Shown here in pieces: positions 12,501-25,722 of a DNA stretch of 64,000 nucleotides. The stretch's first letter is position 1; each line of letters opens with the position of its first letter. Source of the DNA: Curvularia clavata (lineage: Eukaryota). Location: NCBI GenBank assembly GCA_023920165.1, contig CP089275.1, forward strand, positions 868,001 through 932,000, given 5' to 3'. The position numbers were made by a program, and so were the translations under genes. The notes beneath the pieces are model-generated. The model made no database searches, was not told the DNA's origin, and saw only the letters and a program-made list of their open reading frames with translations.

Positions 12501-15500
12501 GTGGTGCAACCCGAACATAGAACCATCGGTAGCACTCATCGAAGCGCTGGAGCCTGACTTTCATCTGCAGCTGCTGTCCAGTCCGCAGTGACCTACTCCA
12601 TTCCTCCAAATACGAGTCGCGATCTTCAGGATGAATCGAGTCCCATGGATTTTGCAACACCTGGCGTGAGGTTTGGCCGCGATAAATCAGAAATTTAGAA
12701 TTGACCCAGCTGATTGCCCCAGTATTTGGTGCAGCAGTGAATATCTGGACTGGCAGTGAATCGATAATAGTCCGCAGCAAGCTCTCTGAAGGGGGCGGCA
12801 TCTCAGATGATTCAGTGACAGACATTGTCCTGGCAGCTCCCTGGGGCGGTTGCGGTCGCCCACCCGGTGTGGTTGCAGCCGGCAATGATTGGAACGATGA
12901 GCTAAAGTCTGCCCCATATGAGTGCAGGAGTGAGTGAGCACGTGCAGACGTATCTTGCACCTGGGCGCGGCGCGGGGCTGATGTGTCATCCCTCCTGTCA
13001 TCACGTGGCTTGACGGTGTCTTCTTTGACCTTTTCAGTCAGGGGATTCACAGGTACCCGTTTCCCGGATCGCTTATCTGATTTTCGTAAACCCTGCTCTT
13101 GTGAGCTTGAAGCTGGATGGTTGGCGATCTTGTTAGCCTGTTTCCTAGCATCAAAATAGCTTTCTACAGCCTCACTGCCGGCAAGATGACCCGGCGTGCT
13201 ACTATGTGAATGCCTGCTGGAGAATCCGAGTGAGGTGTCCCAACCAGGCGTTCCGGCGATCGACCCTCCTGGACTATGTCGAGAACGACTCGAGTAATCA
13301 GATGGGCTGGTGACGCTACCTGCTGCGGAGTTGGAGATATCTCCAAGATCAAGATGAAGCAAGTCTTCAAGACTGTCAGAATCCGAAGGCATACTAATCC
13401 CTCCTGCGCCGCCAGTAGCAACACGCCGCTGTCGGATAGAGGCAACCTGGGTCTGAGCGTTTGTGAAGTGCCAAGCATTCGAGAACGAGGTAGCTAGGTG
13501 GGGGCCAAGGTGCTTGAGCGAGTTTGTCAAGTTTCGTGGATATGGCACGATGGGTGACAGTAGTGAAAGAATAGCAATAGGTGCTTTCCGGACAAAATCG
13601 CGTTGGTTCAAGTGAGCCCCCACAGATTGTTCAGACTGTCTCCGTGATGCTGCTGGGGTCTGAGCTGGCGTGGAGGCGTCTGTTGAGGCCATTACCTGGG
13701 ACAGTGTTGGATGGATTAATGGTATATGCGTAACAGTGCTGGCTTTGTCAACGCCAATGGCTTCAACCATGCCATACTGTGTGTAGTCTTGGGGAGAGCG
13801 GGATGGGTTAAATGTCTCTTCATCAACATTACCGGTAGCAAAGAAAGGATTGGCATCGGCATCATTCTGTATGGCTGGAGAAGGGGCAGGTGACTGTGCC
13901 CATGGCGAAGCTGGGTATTGTTCGTACTCTTCGTAACGTTGAGGCAACCTGGGGTCACTAGAGCCAAAACCGGCCCGGCCACGGGCAGCAGCCGTCTTCT
14001 GAGCTTCCTGTGCAGCAGCACTGCCCTGGACTGCAGATGGTTTGGTCTGCTCAAGCCTGTCTTTTTCTAGGTTTTCTTTCGAGGTAGAGAGGGACGTCGA
14101 ATAGTCCCTAGTTAAGGTCACTAGGCGACCCCTTTCCAAAACACGATTGACACCTGAATTGTCTATCAATGCGTCCGGCTCATGATCGAGAGCGCGCAGT
14201 ACGTGGTACACAGCGCTTGGCAGGGAAGGTTCTCCAACGCTGGAGAATTCTGGATCACTAAAAGACGGACCTCCAGCTGGTGTTGAGTCAGCAAAGACAG
14301 TAGACGTTCCGTCGAAAGACGCTTGAGAGACCTGTCTTAGTGGGTGCTCCGGCCGCGAGCTCATATGAGGGGCATGACTCGCTGAACGAAGTGGGCCTCT
14401 TGGGCGAACTGGCTGTGCGGTCATGGACGTGTCTGATGCCATAGTCGACTTCTGCCGTTCATGGCCGGCGAAGGAGTGGTGGGAAAATAGCTTCGGTCTC
14501 CTTTCTGGAATGACGGTGGTAGGCGGCATGTCGACCGATTCGCCTTGGTGGAAATGTGACATGTCTTCAGATGGACGATGGCTATGATAGCCTGCGGATT
14601 CCTGATATGTCGCGGCATATGCGCTTGCATCATTAGCCGATGCAGTAAAAGTAGCCTTCTGGCCCCATGGTACGTTTTCAATGTCTGAAGCATCTGCTGG
14701 TACGGCGAGAGTCACTCTTTCGGCCCCATAGTGGTCGCGCATTATCGAAGTCACCGTCGTCCACCATGCCGCTAAACCAGGCTCGATACCCAGCCGAAGC
14801 ACAATATCGTAAAGGTTGGGGCTGGGGAATTGTGGGTCCTCGATTTCCGGGCTGGAATGATGTTGGCCTCCTGGTGCAAAAGGTGTGTTTGACGCTGCAG
14901 GCGTGCTACTCTCCGAGGCAATGCGCTCCCTGGCTACTATGTACTCTCGCGATTGGCCAGCAGAAACCGTAGGCGAGAGGCTTGTAAAAGGCATGTGGAA
15001 AGCTGAAGCCCATCTTGGTGTGTTTGGGACGGTAGGAAACGGATACGAGGGAGTCCGGAGTGGATGAGCGGCGGGCGTGGGCGGCATGCTTCCGCGGATG
15101 GTTTTTGCGGATTCGGTAGATTCTGTCGAGGCTGTCACGGCGGTGGGAAGCGGGTTCGGGCTGGGAGTAGGGCTGCTAAAAGCACCCTCGAGTGTGGGTG
15201 AAATGGCCGATATGGGCTCTTCCTTGATGGGGGATATGCGACGAGGCTGGGGTGAGGGGGCATTGGGATTGCCCGACGAGGCCCGCATTCGTGCACGCTG
15301 CTGTTGCTGCTGCTGCTGCAATACCTTGAGCTGGAGACGACGCAGTCTCTCGACCTCGAGTTCATCTGGGGAGGCGTTGCTGTGAGGCGAGTGGGTGCCA
15401 CTGTCGCCTGGGCCATGATGTGCCTCTTTCTTGCCGCCATGGTGGCTCTCTCTGTCGCTCATTTCGGCGCCGGCAGCTTCATCGTCGCGGGGTTCGGGGG

Positions 15501-15666
15501 CTTGTTGGGCGCGGGGCGAGTGTTGTGAGGGTTGAGATGGGTAGGGCTTCGCGTCGCTGGCCGCCAATCTCTGCAGTGGCGGGCGTGGAGCGGGTGGTGA
15601 GGGCGTGGCAGAAGCGGCGGTTAAGTCTCTCTTGGGATCAGGAGAGGAAGTCGGGGCCTTTGTCAT
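9549..15666 (-). CDS. Hybrid sensor histidine kinase (PAS-PAS-HisKA-HATPase-receiver), probably fungal group V
   Basis: Two PAS/PAC repeats (IHPED..YRWF; VHPDD..YRWH), H-box FLSNMSHEIRTPLNGI, N-box QVLLNVVGNAIKFT, G-boxes DTGQG and GGTGLGL. Receiver LLVEDNKINQ..IVL|CDLHMP..PIIALSAN..YVTKP. Introns 9974-10023 and 9813-9859. Start at 15666 is inferred. Confidence 0.93.
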
Positions 15667-18374
15667 TATGGCACTCCCCGGTCTCCAGCGTGCAGCGCAA
15701 GTGGTGTGGCGATGGAGGTCGGGGTCGGGGTCGGGAGAAGGTGGTGCATAGAGTTGGGATGGGATGGGATGGCTATGACGTCGCAAATGGCGTTCCTGGC
15801 AGCGGCAGCACGGGGCGGCGTAATGGCGGCAGCACCATGGACAAGACGGCCAGGCAGATGAGGTGGAGGCGGGTACAGTGGGCGCAGGCCGAATGCCTCC
15901 AGAGTGAGTGGCCAAAGTAGCGGCGAGTGGTTGGCAAGAAGAAATTGGGTCGTGGGCTGGCGGGCAAGGACAAGATCAGGAGCAGGACGGGGCTTGCTTG
16001 CTCACGGGCACCAAACGGCTTCTGGGGGTGCGAGACGAGGCATGCATGGGCCTAGTAAGACAGGGCAGCAGGCGTCCGGGCGGGTGCGAGTAGGGCGGAA
16101 ATAGCCTGGGACAGATCGCAGATCGGGAGCAGAGGGGCGTGCTCGCAGTAGTAGTAGCAGCATAGTAGCGAGCGAAATTGAGTGTTGGCGGACGGGCGGC
16201 TTTGGTCTGCCATTGGCCTTGGCGCGACGTCATTTCTCAGGGACTCGCGTAGCTGCAAAGCTGAGTCTCTGGCGGTCCAGCCAGCACACACACACCACAC
16301 TGCCTCTCCGCGGCGCCCAACCAGCGCCACCATGGCCTTTTGCCCTGTACAACGTCGGCGTGCTGCTCTGCTCACGTTCGCAGCTCGAGCAGTTGCTTTT
16401 TTGCGCGTGCCCACAACGGCTGTCGCTGCCGTGGCTGCACGCCAGAGTGCCGTGGCACGCCCTGCTCTCATTGGACCGGCCGCTTTCCGATGCCTGCCCA
16501 ATGCGGCTAGCGCACAGTATCCTCGTCTCCCAGTGCCGCCATCAGCACGACTATTCCCATTTTACCTCTCAGAGCCTCCCCCATTGACGTGTCGACTGCG
16601 CTACCTGCAATTTTCGCCCTTCTAGACGCCGCTGACTTCGCGCCTATTGCTCGACTAAAGCGCCCGTGGCACCATTAATCGTCCCATTTTGATGGCAATA
16701 TCTACCCCTGCCCCCGCCTCGCCTTGCCTCGCCTCGCCTCACCTCGCTTCAAGCATTGTTGCTCAAGCACCCGCAGCGGCTTGCGCGCTTGGACTACTGA
16801 TTCCTGCTCGAAACAAGATGCTCTCGATCCTCTTACACTGCCTAATCGGCACCTGTACAGTGGGGACTCCTCACGTGGGCCTTTGGCACTTGCTCTACAC
16901 CCCCACCTGCCGAGCACACCCCACCTGACAAAGTTCCGGGACATGCAGTTTACTTGCTGCCAGCTGCCTCACATGCGCAATACTGCTGTGTTTTGCATAT
17001 CATGCCACTGTTGCCAGTCACCGTGTTTTGGTCGGAAACGTCATCCGGGCCAATCCAATTGCGGGTACCTGCATCGCCCACCACAACCACGGGATCTACA
17101 CACAACCGCCTCGTCTTCACGCCACACCCGAAACTTAATCACTCACAGTTGCTTGTCAACGACAGCTCAAACAAGTGTCGAGCACTCTCATCGTCTCGTT
17201 GTAAAGTTGCGCCCCTCGTCGACGCTACTAGAGAATATCTCACCACGCTAGCTCACCTCACTACCACGGCACTGGGAGCACAGCGGCCCAATGCAGCCTT
17301 AACTCTGTCCCACATTCGAGAAAAGACAAGCTGGGCAGATTGTAGTAAATTATTGGCCAATTGCCCTGTGTAATCGCCGCACAAAACGCCATTTATGACT
17401 GACAGCTTCCAGGATCCACCCTAGCCGTTGTCCAAGGCCGCCCCACTCTTGCTCTCGATTCCTAGCCATGGCCTTCAGAATTGCCCGTACAGGACCCAAA
17501 GCCCCGTTTACGACGACGCTCGGTCCACAAAGCATTCCTCCTGCCATGTCCTTCGGCTTGACTTGCGGGGGAAATCCAACATCGGACTTCTGATGACGAT
17601 ACGCCCCATTCTAATCTATGCACAATGACAGTTATATGTACCAAGTCTCTTGGTAGGTTATTGATAAAGCTTGTCAAAACCCCTCGATGCTTCTACAGTG
17701 CTTTCCAAGTCTCACATGCAACCTCATAGACTAGCTCCACATTGCGCTCTTTGAAAAGTTGATTAGACGCATCGCATCACCATCGAGGGTTTAGAAAGCC
17801 CTAGAGTTTAAGTTTCGAATAACTTACTACTCCGTCTTCATTTTTCGGTTCTCTTGGGTAATAGTCCCAGCATGCACACGTGACCGGGGCTGTGTCTTCT
17901 GCGCATCTTTTCCGCCTTCCAGAAGGATACTGAATATAGCTAGCTTTCCCTGGCTGCAGTAGTATGAGTATCTTACTCATGCGCCTAAAGCTGCCATCAC
18001 ATAGAGACAATGAGAGTGCTCACGTGACATGACATTGCTACCATCGGCCCTCAGGAAAACATCTCCGAGAGTTTCCAGAGCCGACCCCCACTGTCCAATC
18101 AACATGCTCAATGCCCCCGGCACGCGAGCCAACTTCTCCGCAATCCAGACCCTCCGTTTTCCTCCACATTCCGCGCTGCGCCCAGTTCCGCCCTCCTGTT
18201 CATGCCGACGGAACCCATACAAAAAGCAATGCCCGAGGTTGCGGCCATGCCCTGCATCTATACTCTTGCAGCGACGCTGCCTCTCCTTCCACAGTTGCTC
18301 CAGCCAGTGCCTTTGACAGGACTTTGTGTAGATAGCGCCTCTTTTTTTGGTGTTCGCAGACTCGTCCCGGAAAC

Positions 18375-20093
18375 ATGCCTTCGATATCCACTACTCTCCG
18401 CACTGCGCGCACCTTTTCGCGAAGCACAACAAAGGTCTTGGGGCCTGCCAATTGATCGCATACACTCAGCGCAACAACTGACGTGAGCAGACATATCTAA
18501 ATCTTTCGCGATCCTTTTCATCATCTCTCCGCCGCAATGAGATTAACAAGGTCTACCCCAGCGCTGCCGCCGCCATCGAGGACATGAAGCCCAACAGCAC
18601 ATTGCTCTGCGGTGGTTTTGGTCTTTCCGGTGTACCCGACACATTGATTGAACAAGTCAAGAACACACCCAAGATCACTGGCCTGACCGCCGTATCTAAC
18701 AATGCCGGTGTCGTTGGAGGTGGTCTCGGCTTGCTTCTGGAAAGCAAGCAAGTCAAAAAGATGATTGCCAGCTACGTCGGCGAGAACAAGGTGCTCGAGC
18801 AAATGTACCTTACCGGAGAACTTGAACTCGAACTCACGCCCCAAGGCACTTTGGCCGAACGATGTCGAGCAGGTGGCGCTGGCATTCCAGCTTTCTACAC
18901 CCCCGCTGCATTCGGCACCGTCGTACAAACAGGTGAATTGGCACTCAGGCATAATAACGATGGCAGTGTAGCCCAGTACTCAACACCTCGCGATGTCAAA
19001 GTCTTCTCAGGCAAGAGCTACGTCATGGAAGAAAGCATCAAGGGCGACTATGCCTTCATCAAAGCCTACAAGGCCGATCGTCTAGGTAACGTGCAGTTTC
19101 GCTTTTCGGCCCAAAACTTCAACGGCGCCATGGCACGCAATGCGACTACCACAATCGTCGAAGCCGAGCACATTGTCGAAGTTGGCGACATTCCTCCCAA
19201 CGCCGTCCACGTCCCCGGCATCTACGTCGACCGCGTGATCCAATCCACCGCCGAGAAGAAGATTGAAAAGGTCGTCAACGCCAAAGACCCCGCCGAAGCC
19301 GTCAGCGATCTCGGCAAGGGAGATCAAGCTAGCAAGCGCGAACGCATTGTACGCCGCGCCGCCAAAGAATTCAAAAACGGCATGTATGCCAACCTAGGCA
19401 TCGGCATGCCCATGCTTGCCCCATCCTTTGTCGACCCCTCGGTCGAAGTTCAGCTCCAATCCGAAAACGGCATCCTGGGTCTCGGTCCTTACCCACAAAA
19501 GGGCCTCGAAGACCCTGACCTCATCAACGCCGGAAAGGAAACAGTCACTCTCCTTCCCGGCGCCTCGTGCTTTGGCTCCGAAGAATCCTTTGGCATGATC
19601 CGGGCTGGCAAAATCGACCTGACTATTCTCGGCGCCATGCAAGTTTCTGCCCGCGGCGACTTGGCCAACTGGATGTTGCCTGGTAAAGTCAAAGGTTTCG
19701 GAGGCGCCATGGATCTCGTGTCGAATCCTGAAAAGACAAAGGTTGTCGTGACCATGGAGCACACAGATAAGAAGGGCAGGCCCAAGATTCTCAAGCAGTG
19801 CGAGTTCCCGCTTACGGGTAAGGCGTGTGTGAGCAGGATTATTACGGATTTGGTGAGTTCTTTTTCTTTTTTTGCCTCTTTTTCCTTCCCCTTCCCTTCC
19901 CTCTTTGGTCTAGTGGTAGAAGAAGAAGGCGAGTTAGAACTTTGACTAACTGTTGTACTAGTGTGTCTTTGACGTCGATTTCACAGAGGGTCTGACGCTC
20001 GTCGAACTCGCCGATGGCGTTACCGTAGATGAGATCCGAGCCAAGACGGGTGCCGACTTCAAGGAAGCAGCGGAGATTAAGCCCATGCTCTGA
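18375..20093 (+). CDS. Mitochondrial succinyl-CoA:3-oxoacid CoA transferase (SCOT/OXCT1 family)
   Basis: [30 protein letters not shown], catalytic SENG, GGAMDLV. Arg/Ser/Thr-rich presequence [20 protein letters not shown]. Introns 18435-18490 and 19853-19961; stop TGA 20091-20093. Confidence 0.95.
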
Positions 20094-20545
20094 TTGAAGT
20101 GAAGCAAGAAGAGAAATACAAAAAAAAAAATAAGAAAATCAACATCGTCATGATAGAATCTGATTGAGCGTTTAGGAAGCCTTGTTTAAAAAATACTGCT
20201 TTGCTTGCTGCCTCTAGAACTTTATTGAGTTCCTCTTATGCTTACGATGTATGAGTTTTGAATGAAGATGCCTATCATATAACTAAGGAAAAAGAGAATG
20301 AAAGAGAAGAGAATGACATCTATCAAAAATGTACCAAACTAGATCTTTTTTTGAGATATGCAAACACCACCCCTTTCTAAAGATAGAGAGAGAGAAAAAA
20401 CGACAGTCTTCTACCTACAGCCAACAGAACCCAATGCACCCAACAACACATGACCCTCCGTCATCGACCAGAATCTAGATAAATATATATGTATACACGT
20501 ATAGATATATGTTGGGGGAAAAAAGAGAGACGAAAGCTCAGACTC

Positions 20546-22186
20546 TTAATCTGTCCTCGTCTTCACACTGCCACTGGCGCCATGCAGCGCAGGATCATAT
20601 TCCTCAGCCTTCGCCGCGGCAGCTCTAACCCTCGCCTCCTTGGCGGCCTCGACATCGCTCTCTTCGCCATCAATTCCCAGTTCCCTTCTGCGCTGTCTCT
20701 CGCGCCACTCGGCGTCTTCGCCATCTTCGTCATCCTCGTCTTCGCTATCCTCTTCACGCACAACACCGTACCTCGCACTGTCGCCGCTGCCAGCCTCGGG
20801 ATCCTTGATGAAGTTGTCGATGATCCAGTACTGCAGTGCGTTCATGATGAGCGGGAAAACGAACATGACAAAGGCGATTTGCAGAGCCGTGTTGCCTTCT
20901 GTCCAGCGGAGAGCCCAGTCGCCGACCCATGCGATCCAAGGGAGGAGCGCGAAGAGGGCGAGGACGCAGAGTTTCATGCCGATGAGACCGAGGAAGTAGA
21001 TGATGGATTGCTTGAGCCACCAGGTCGCGCGGGGCGGGTGGCCATAGTTGCCGGAGCGGATGGATTCAGGGGGGTTGGCGAGCGGGGTGCGGGAGAAGCC
21101 AGCGTGCAGAAGTTTGAGAAGGAGGACAAGGATGGGGATACCGATTGTGGTCTGTCGTTTGTGCTTAGTCTTCTTCTCTTTAGATGGGTTTGATCAAAAC
21201 TTACGTCAATAGCTAGGTTCAAGAGGTAGAAGGAACACGGGTTGGGCTGGTCTTTTCCGTCCAGCTGCGTCGGCGAAACAGTAGCCACGTCGAACTTGCC
21301 AGAGGATAGCATGGACATCAAGACGTTGGCAAGATGAAGCAGCACCGAACCAAAGACTTGCTTGGAGACATCGAAGAACCAGATCTTGACCGGTCGGCGA
21401 GGATGTTCTCGCATCCTCTTGACGACAAGAGACGACACAGCAAGAAGTCCTAGAGCGGCCTGTACCAGCAAAGCGAAATCTCCAAGCAGATTGCACTCGC
21501 CGTTTCCAGATTCACCGTCCAGAGGGTTTCCTTGTGCAGCAGCAGGTTGTTCCGGGTCTGCTGTCGCTGCAGGCTTCGTGTCGGTCGCGGTGGACGTAGG
21601 CCTAGGCACGTTCTCAGGCGCAGCCTCTTCGTTGTTCGAGTTCATTTCGTCATCTGTAACCGCGGCGCTTGTGATAGCTGGCGCAGGTTCGGTAGGTTTG
21701 GCAGGTGGTTCTGGTTCGGCCTTGACACCATCGATGCCTATGAGCTCCGTTTCAAAGACTGTTGACACGCGCCGTTAGCTTTAACATGCCCCTTGAGAAA
21801 TGTGTACGTGCGCCCAAAAACATACCAAGCGTCGATGCTGCTGGAATAACACCGTCTATGCCATGATCTCCATACGCCAACTCTGGCGGTATCGTCAATT
21901 TCCTCCCCTCACCAATACACATGTCCAGCAAGCCCTGGTCCCAGCCTTTGATGACCTGGCCCCTGCCGATTGTAAACCTAAAAGGCGTCCCGGAATCATA
22001 GCTCGAGTCGAACTGACTTCCATCGCTCAGCAGCGTGCCCTTGTACATCATCGACACCTTGTCGCCATTCTTTGTCTTGCGCGTGCATTCGACAGCTTTT
22101 GTGACTTCGATTTTGAGTTCGCCGGCAAGCACGAGCGAAGGCAGCAGCGCCAGCGGGAGCGCCAGAAGCGTGCTGAGGGGCCGCAT
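20546..22186 (-). CDS. Signal peptide + FKBP-type PPIase (Fpr2/FKBP13-like) fused to a STIMATE/TMEM110 (YPL162C-like) multipass membrane domain
   Basis: FKBP motifs [44 protein letters not shown] across intron 21759-21825. Frame continues without a stop into [45 protein letters not shown] (intron 21152-21204)..[14 protein letters not shown]. Confidence 0.88.
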
Positions 22187-22983
22187 ACTGGCGGCAGAGA
22201 GAGAAAGAAAGAGAGCCGAGGATAAGGATGTCTTGGGTGACAGGAAGTTGCAAAAAACGAACAAAGATTATTTTTCTCGGCGGCAAAATTCCAAGCTACA
22301 GGCAGGTGTTTGTCGCAGGCCAGACAGGCAAGCTGTGGTGCACTCGAAAGCCCCGATTGACTCGGTGTTCGGGCGAACGTGTCAAGGGTGAAACAACGTG
22401 TGTGGCGCGTGGGCAACGGGGAGGGGCGGTTACGGGTTTCGCAGCCGGGCTTACAGCTGCAAGTGATGTCAAAGAGGAAAAGAATACAGTCAAAGAGGGC
22501 GGGGGTTGGGACTGGCGTTCAACGCCAGACGTGGCGAGTGTGCAAGGCGGGCGAGCAGGTGCTCTTGACGTGCATAGCAGCGCGTGTGAGGTATTAGGCT
22601 TCTGGTTCCAAGGCCCGAATGCGAAGGGAAGGGTGCGGGCTAGAGCCCGCCGCGGCAGGGTGGCGATCATTACTACTGGGTGCATGCAAGGCTAAATTGG
22701 CTGGGCACTAGTTCATATTGGAAATGGATGTGCATCTGGCTAGTCACATGTAATACCGCCAAGGTATATACAGATACTTGAATATTCAGACATGGGAAAA
22801 AGAATATGTTGGTGATACAAAGCGAGTGTTGTCGCCCCTTCTAGCCCGCCGAATTACCTAGGAACGCCACTGATGCTGCAAAGCCAATGAGCGATGCGAA
22901 AAAACAAAAAAACAAAGGAATATGAGAAAGAGACGCCTGGTGCGAAGCCAAGGTGTGGAGAATGGTTGCTAGATCTATGCTGG

Positions 22984-24676
22984 CTACTCGTGGTCCTCTG
23001 GTCGCTTGAGAGGGCTTGTTCTTGCTGGACTGTCTACTCCTCCGTTCAGACTCGGCGCAAGTTGAAGACTGGTACGGACTATGCTTTGGCCTGGCCGAAC
23101 CACGATGCTACCTCGTCGGTCGCGCTCCAGTGGATCAGCTGTGTTGACAGCCGCATATTCGCCCTGGGTCTGGAGGTGCGCATTCATCAGCGCCTCCTCC
23201 CTCATCTTCTTGAACTTCATGTAGTTGTACGCAGCGATACTGCCAATTGTGACGATAAGCCCAGTCAGATTGATGGGCGTAAGCGGGTCGTTGAAAACGA
23301 GGTTTGCGGTTCCAATTGTCACCACCTCCTTGAAAATGCCGCAAATGCTAAGAGTGACGACCGAGGTCCGCTTCAGCAGAGCGAACTCGGACGCCGTCAT
23401 GAGAAAGGCCAGGACTCCCGGGAACAAAAGAATGCCAATGCCGAGAGCAGTGCCCTTTGTTTCAAACAAGTGTGAAAGGCCCTCCAAAAGCGCGGGGAAG
23501 CCTTCCACGGGTATCGCGAGAACAAGTATGCTAAGGAACATGACGGGCGCAAGGAAGAAGATGGAAGAAAACGGGTTCGCGGTAGCGGGGTTGCGCAAAA
23601 GCAGAATCTGGGTTAGGGACCAGCGGAAGCCCGACGAGCATGCTGATACCATGACGAGAATGAAGCCGAGCGTGTGAAAGGCAGTCTCGCCGGCCACCAT
23701 CATGACGACGCCGGCCGTCATGATGAGAATGATGAAGACGAGTCTCCATGACGGTTGTTCGAGGCGGAAAAGGAAGGCGAAGATGAGGACGAAGCCGAGT
23801 GCAGATGACTTGCACATTGCTGTTCTCGTTAGCTGTCGTGTTCGTCAAAAATGGCAGTCTGGTGCTTACTGAAAAAGGTCAAGGAGATGAATTTCAAACT
23901 CGTGTTGCCCAGACCAATATCCATGCCCGTGGCTGCTCCACAGGGTCCTAGCCTACTGAAGTAGAACCACTTTGTCATGAGGGGCTTCTTGGGGTCCACG
24001 GGCTCGACTCGCGCTCTTTGCCCGTGAGGGTTGAGAGAATCGTGCGTTGGTCGGAACGCCGGGATGAGGAACAGCACGAGAGATGCAAGAGTAAATTGGA
24101 CAATCATGTGCATGCATGTGGTAAACAAAGGAAATGGGAAGATGTTCTTGGTCTCGCCGTCGTCTTTGGCCTCCTTGAACATCCACTTGTTATAGACGGA
24201 TATGGATATAGAGAAGAGATACCTGGGCGTGTTGTCAGCTAGCGGTCCACCTTGGCAGAATTGCAGTCGCGTGCGTACCATAGCCCAATAAGGACGGCAT
24301 TGATGAGCATAGATTTGATGAGGTTCTGGTCGGCCAGCTTCTTCTCCTCCTTGGTGTATGTGTCATCCGGAACGATGCGCTGGTCCAGCAGGGTGTTCCG
24401 CCTCTTTCTTCTGCGGCGCCTCCGCCTGTCTCTCTTGGTGAGGCCCGTCTCCTCGTCATCCTCGAGCCCGTCTGCACTCATGTCGTCGAGCTCGTGGTCT
24501 TCACTGTCGCTCGGGGAGTCGGAGTCGGAGCGGTCTGCGCCCGAGGAGTCGTGGCCTTCTTCGGCAATGTGGTCGGAAGGGCGGCGTCTGTGCTTCTTGG
24601 AGTCTGATCTGGTGGGTAGGGTCGCGCCGGCGAGGGAGGAGGAGCGTCGTCGGGCAGCGGCGTGCTCATCCGTCAT
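22984..24676 (-). CDS. Triose-phosphate/nucleotide-sugar transporter family protein (SLC35C2/Ymd8-like)
   Basis: LW|YLFSISISVYNKWMF, FPFPLFTTCMH, DIGLGNTSL, MCKSS, SGFRWSLTQILL, TSVVTLSICGIFKEV. Introns 24223-24278 and 23820-23869. Start could be further upstream. Confidence 0.9.
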
Positions 24677-25722
24677 GGTAATGGCGGGCGGATGGAGGCT
24701 TCTGGCGATGTGGGTGGGTTGGGGCAAGCTGGAACCTACGGCTACATGGGCGTCGTCTAGGTCAGAAAGGGAGCTGTCGGATGGAAGCGAGGGTAGTGTC
24801 CGAAGAGGAAACTCATTCCCCGGACTAAGCAGTGGTCCTTGGAGTGTAGCGGAGTCTTGAGCATGCAGCCAGCGAGCGATGCGGGCCTGGTCTGAAGTCA
24901 TGCTGCAAGACGGCGGTGGAGCTGATTCGCTTGGGCCTTCACCGCCAAGCACTTGAGAGGGCCCTAGTCGGTAGCTTGTGAGCAGCGGGCTAGCATCAGG
25001 GGCTGCGGCGGGGCGGTTGCGTCAAGGGGCGATGGGATGCTGCTTCGGAGCGCCAGAAACAATGCAGGTCAGGTACAGCACCCTCGGGAGCCCGTTGTGT
25101 TGATGTCGCAGCCCTCTGCCGCAAGTACGAGGACGGTATTGTCAGGGCCCGGGCAATCTGTGACACCGGCTTGGGCTTCAGACGGGCGGCAGCACCACGG
25201 CCAATCACCACCACGTGTCCTTGCAGATGCATCATTGCAGTAGAATCGGCGGGGGAGCATCGCGCACGCGGGAGACGATCCTAGTCGAGCCTCGAGTCTA
25301 GACGTCGTGCAGGGTGGATCCGTCCCACGCGACCAAATACTTGAATACTCGAGTACTACTAGGCCCGACCGTCGCAGAGCAACGTCACAGAGTTTGGCGA
25401 GCGAAAACAAAGCACCAAGAAACATTTGCCATCGTCCTGGTCTGCAAATACTTCTTACTTGAGCTCACTCTCGGCCAAAAATAGACATCAGCACACCATC
25501 ATCCTATACTGCACGCACGCACGTGACCCCATAAGCAACGCCGCCATGTTTCCATTTTTCCTTGAAATGTTTCGTCTTGCATAGCGTATGTAGCCTCGAG
25601 TCGAGTCGAAAGTGTGCGCCAATTATGCTGCACCTACCAGGAAATATATGCCCAAAGGATATCCAAACTTGAACGCCGTCTCCTATGCAAAACATGACAA
25701 CAAATCGGCCCTAGCCAGAGTA

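Noticed and set aside
15667..15915. 83-aa N-terminal extension of the histidine kinase in the ORF track
   Set aside because: Starts at a non-ATG codon and reads like translated UTR (Cys/His/Pro-rich); no supporting motif.
20489..21193. 234-aa plus-strand ORF
   Set aside because: Antisense to the STIMATE domain exons; no independent features.
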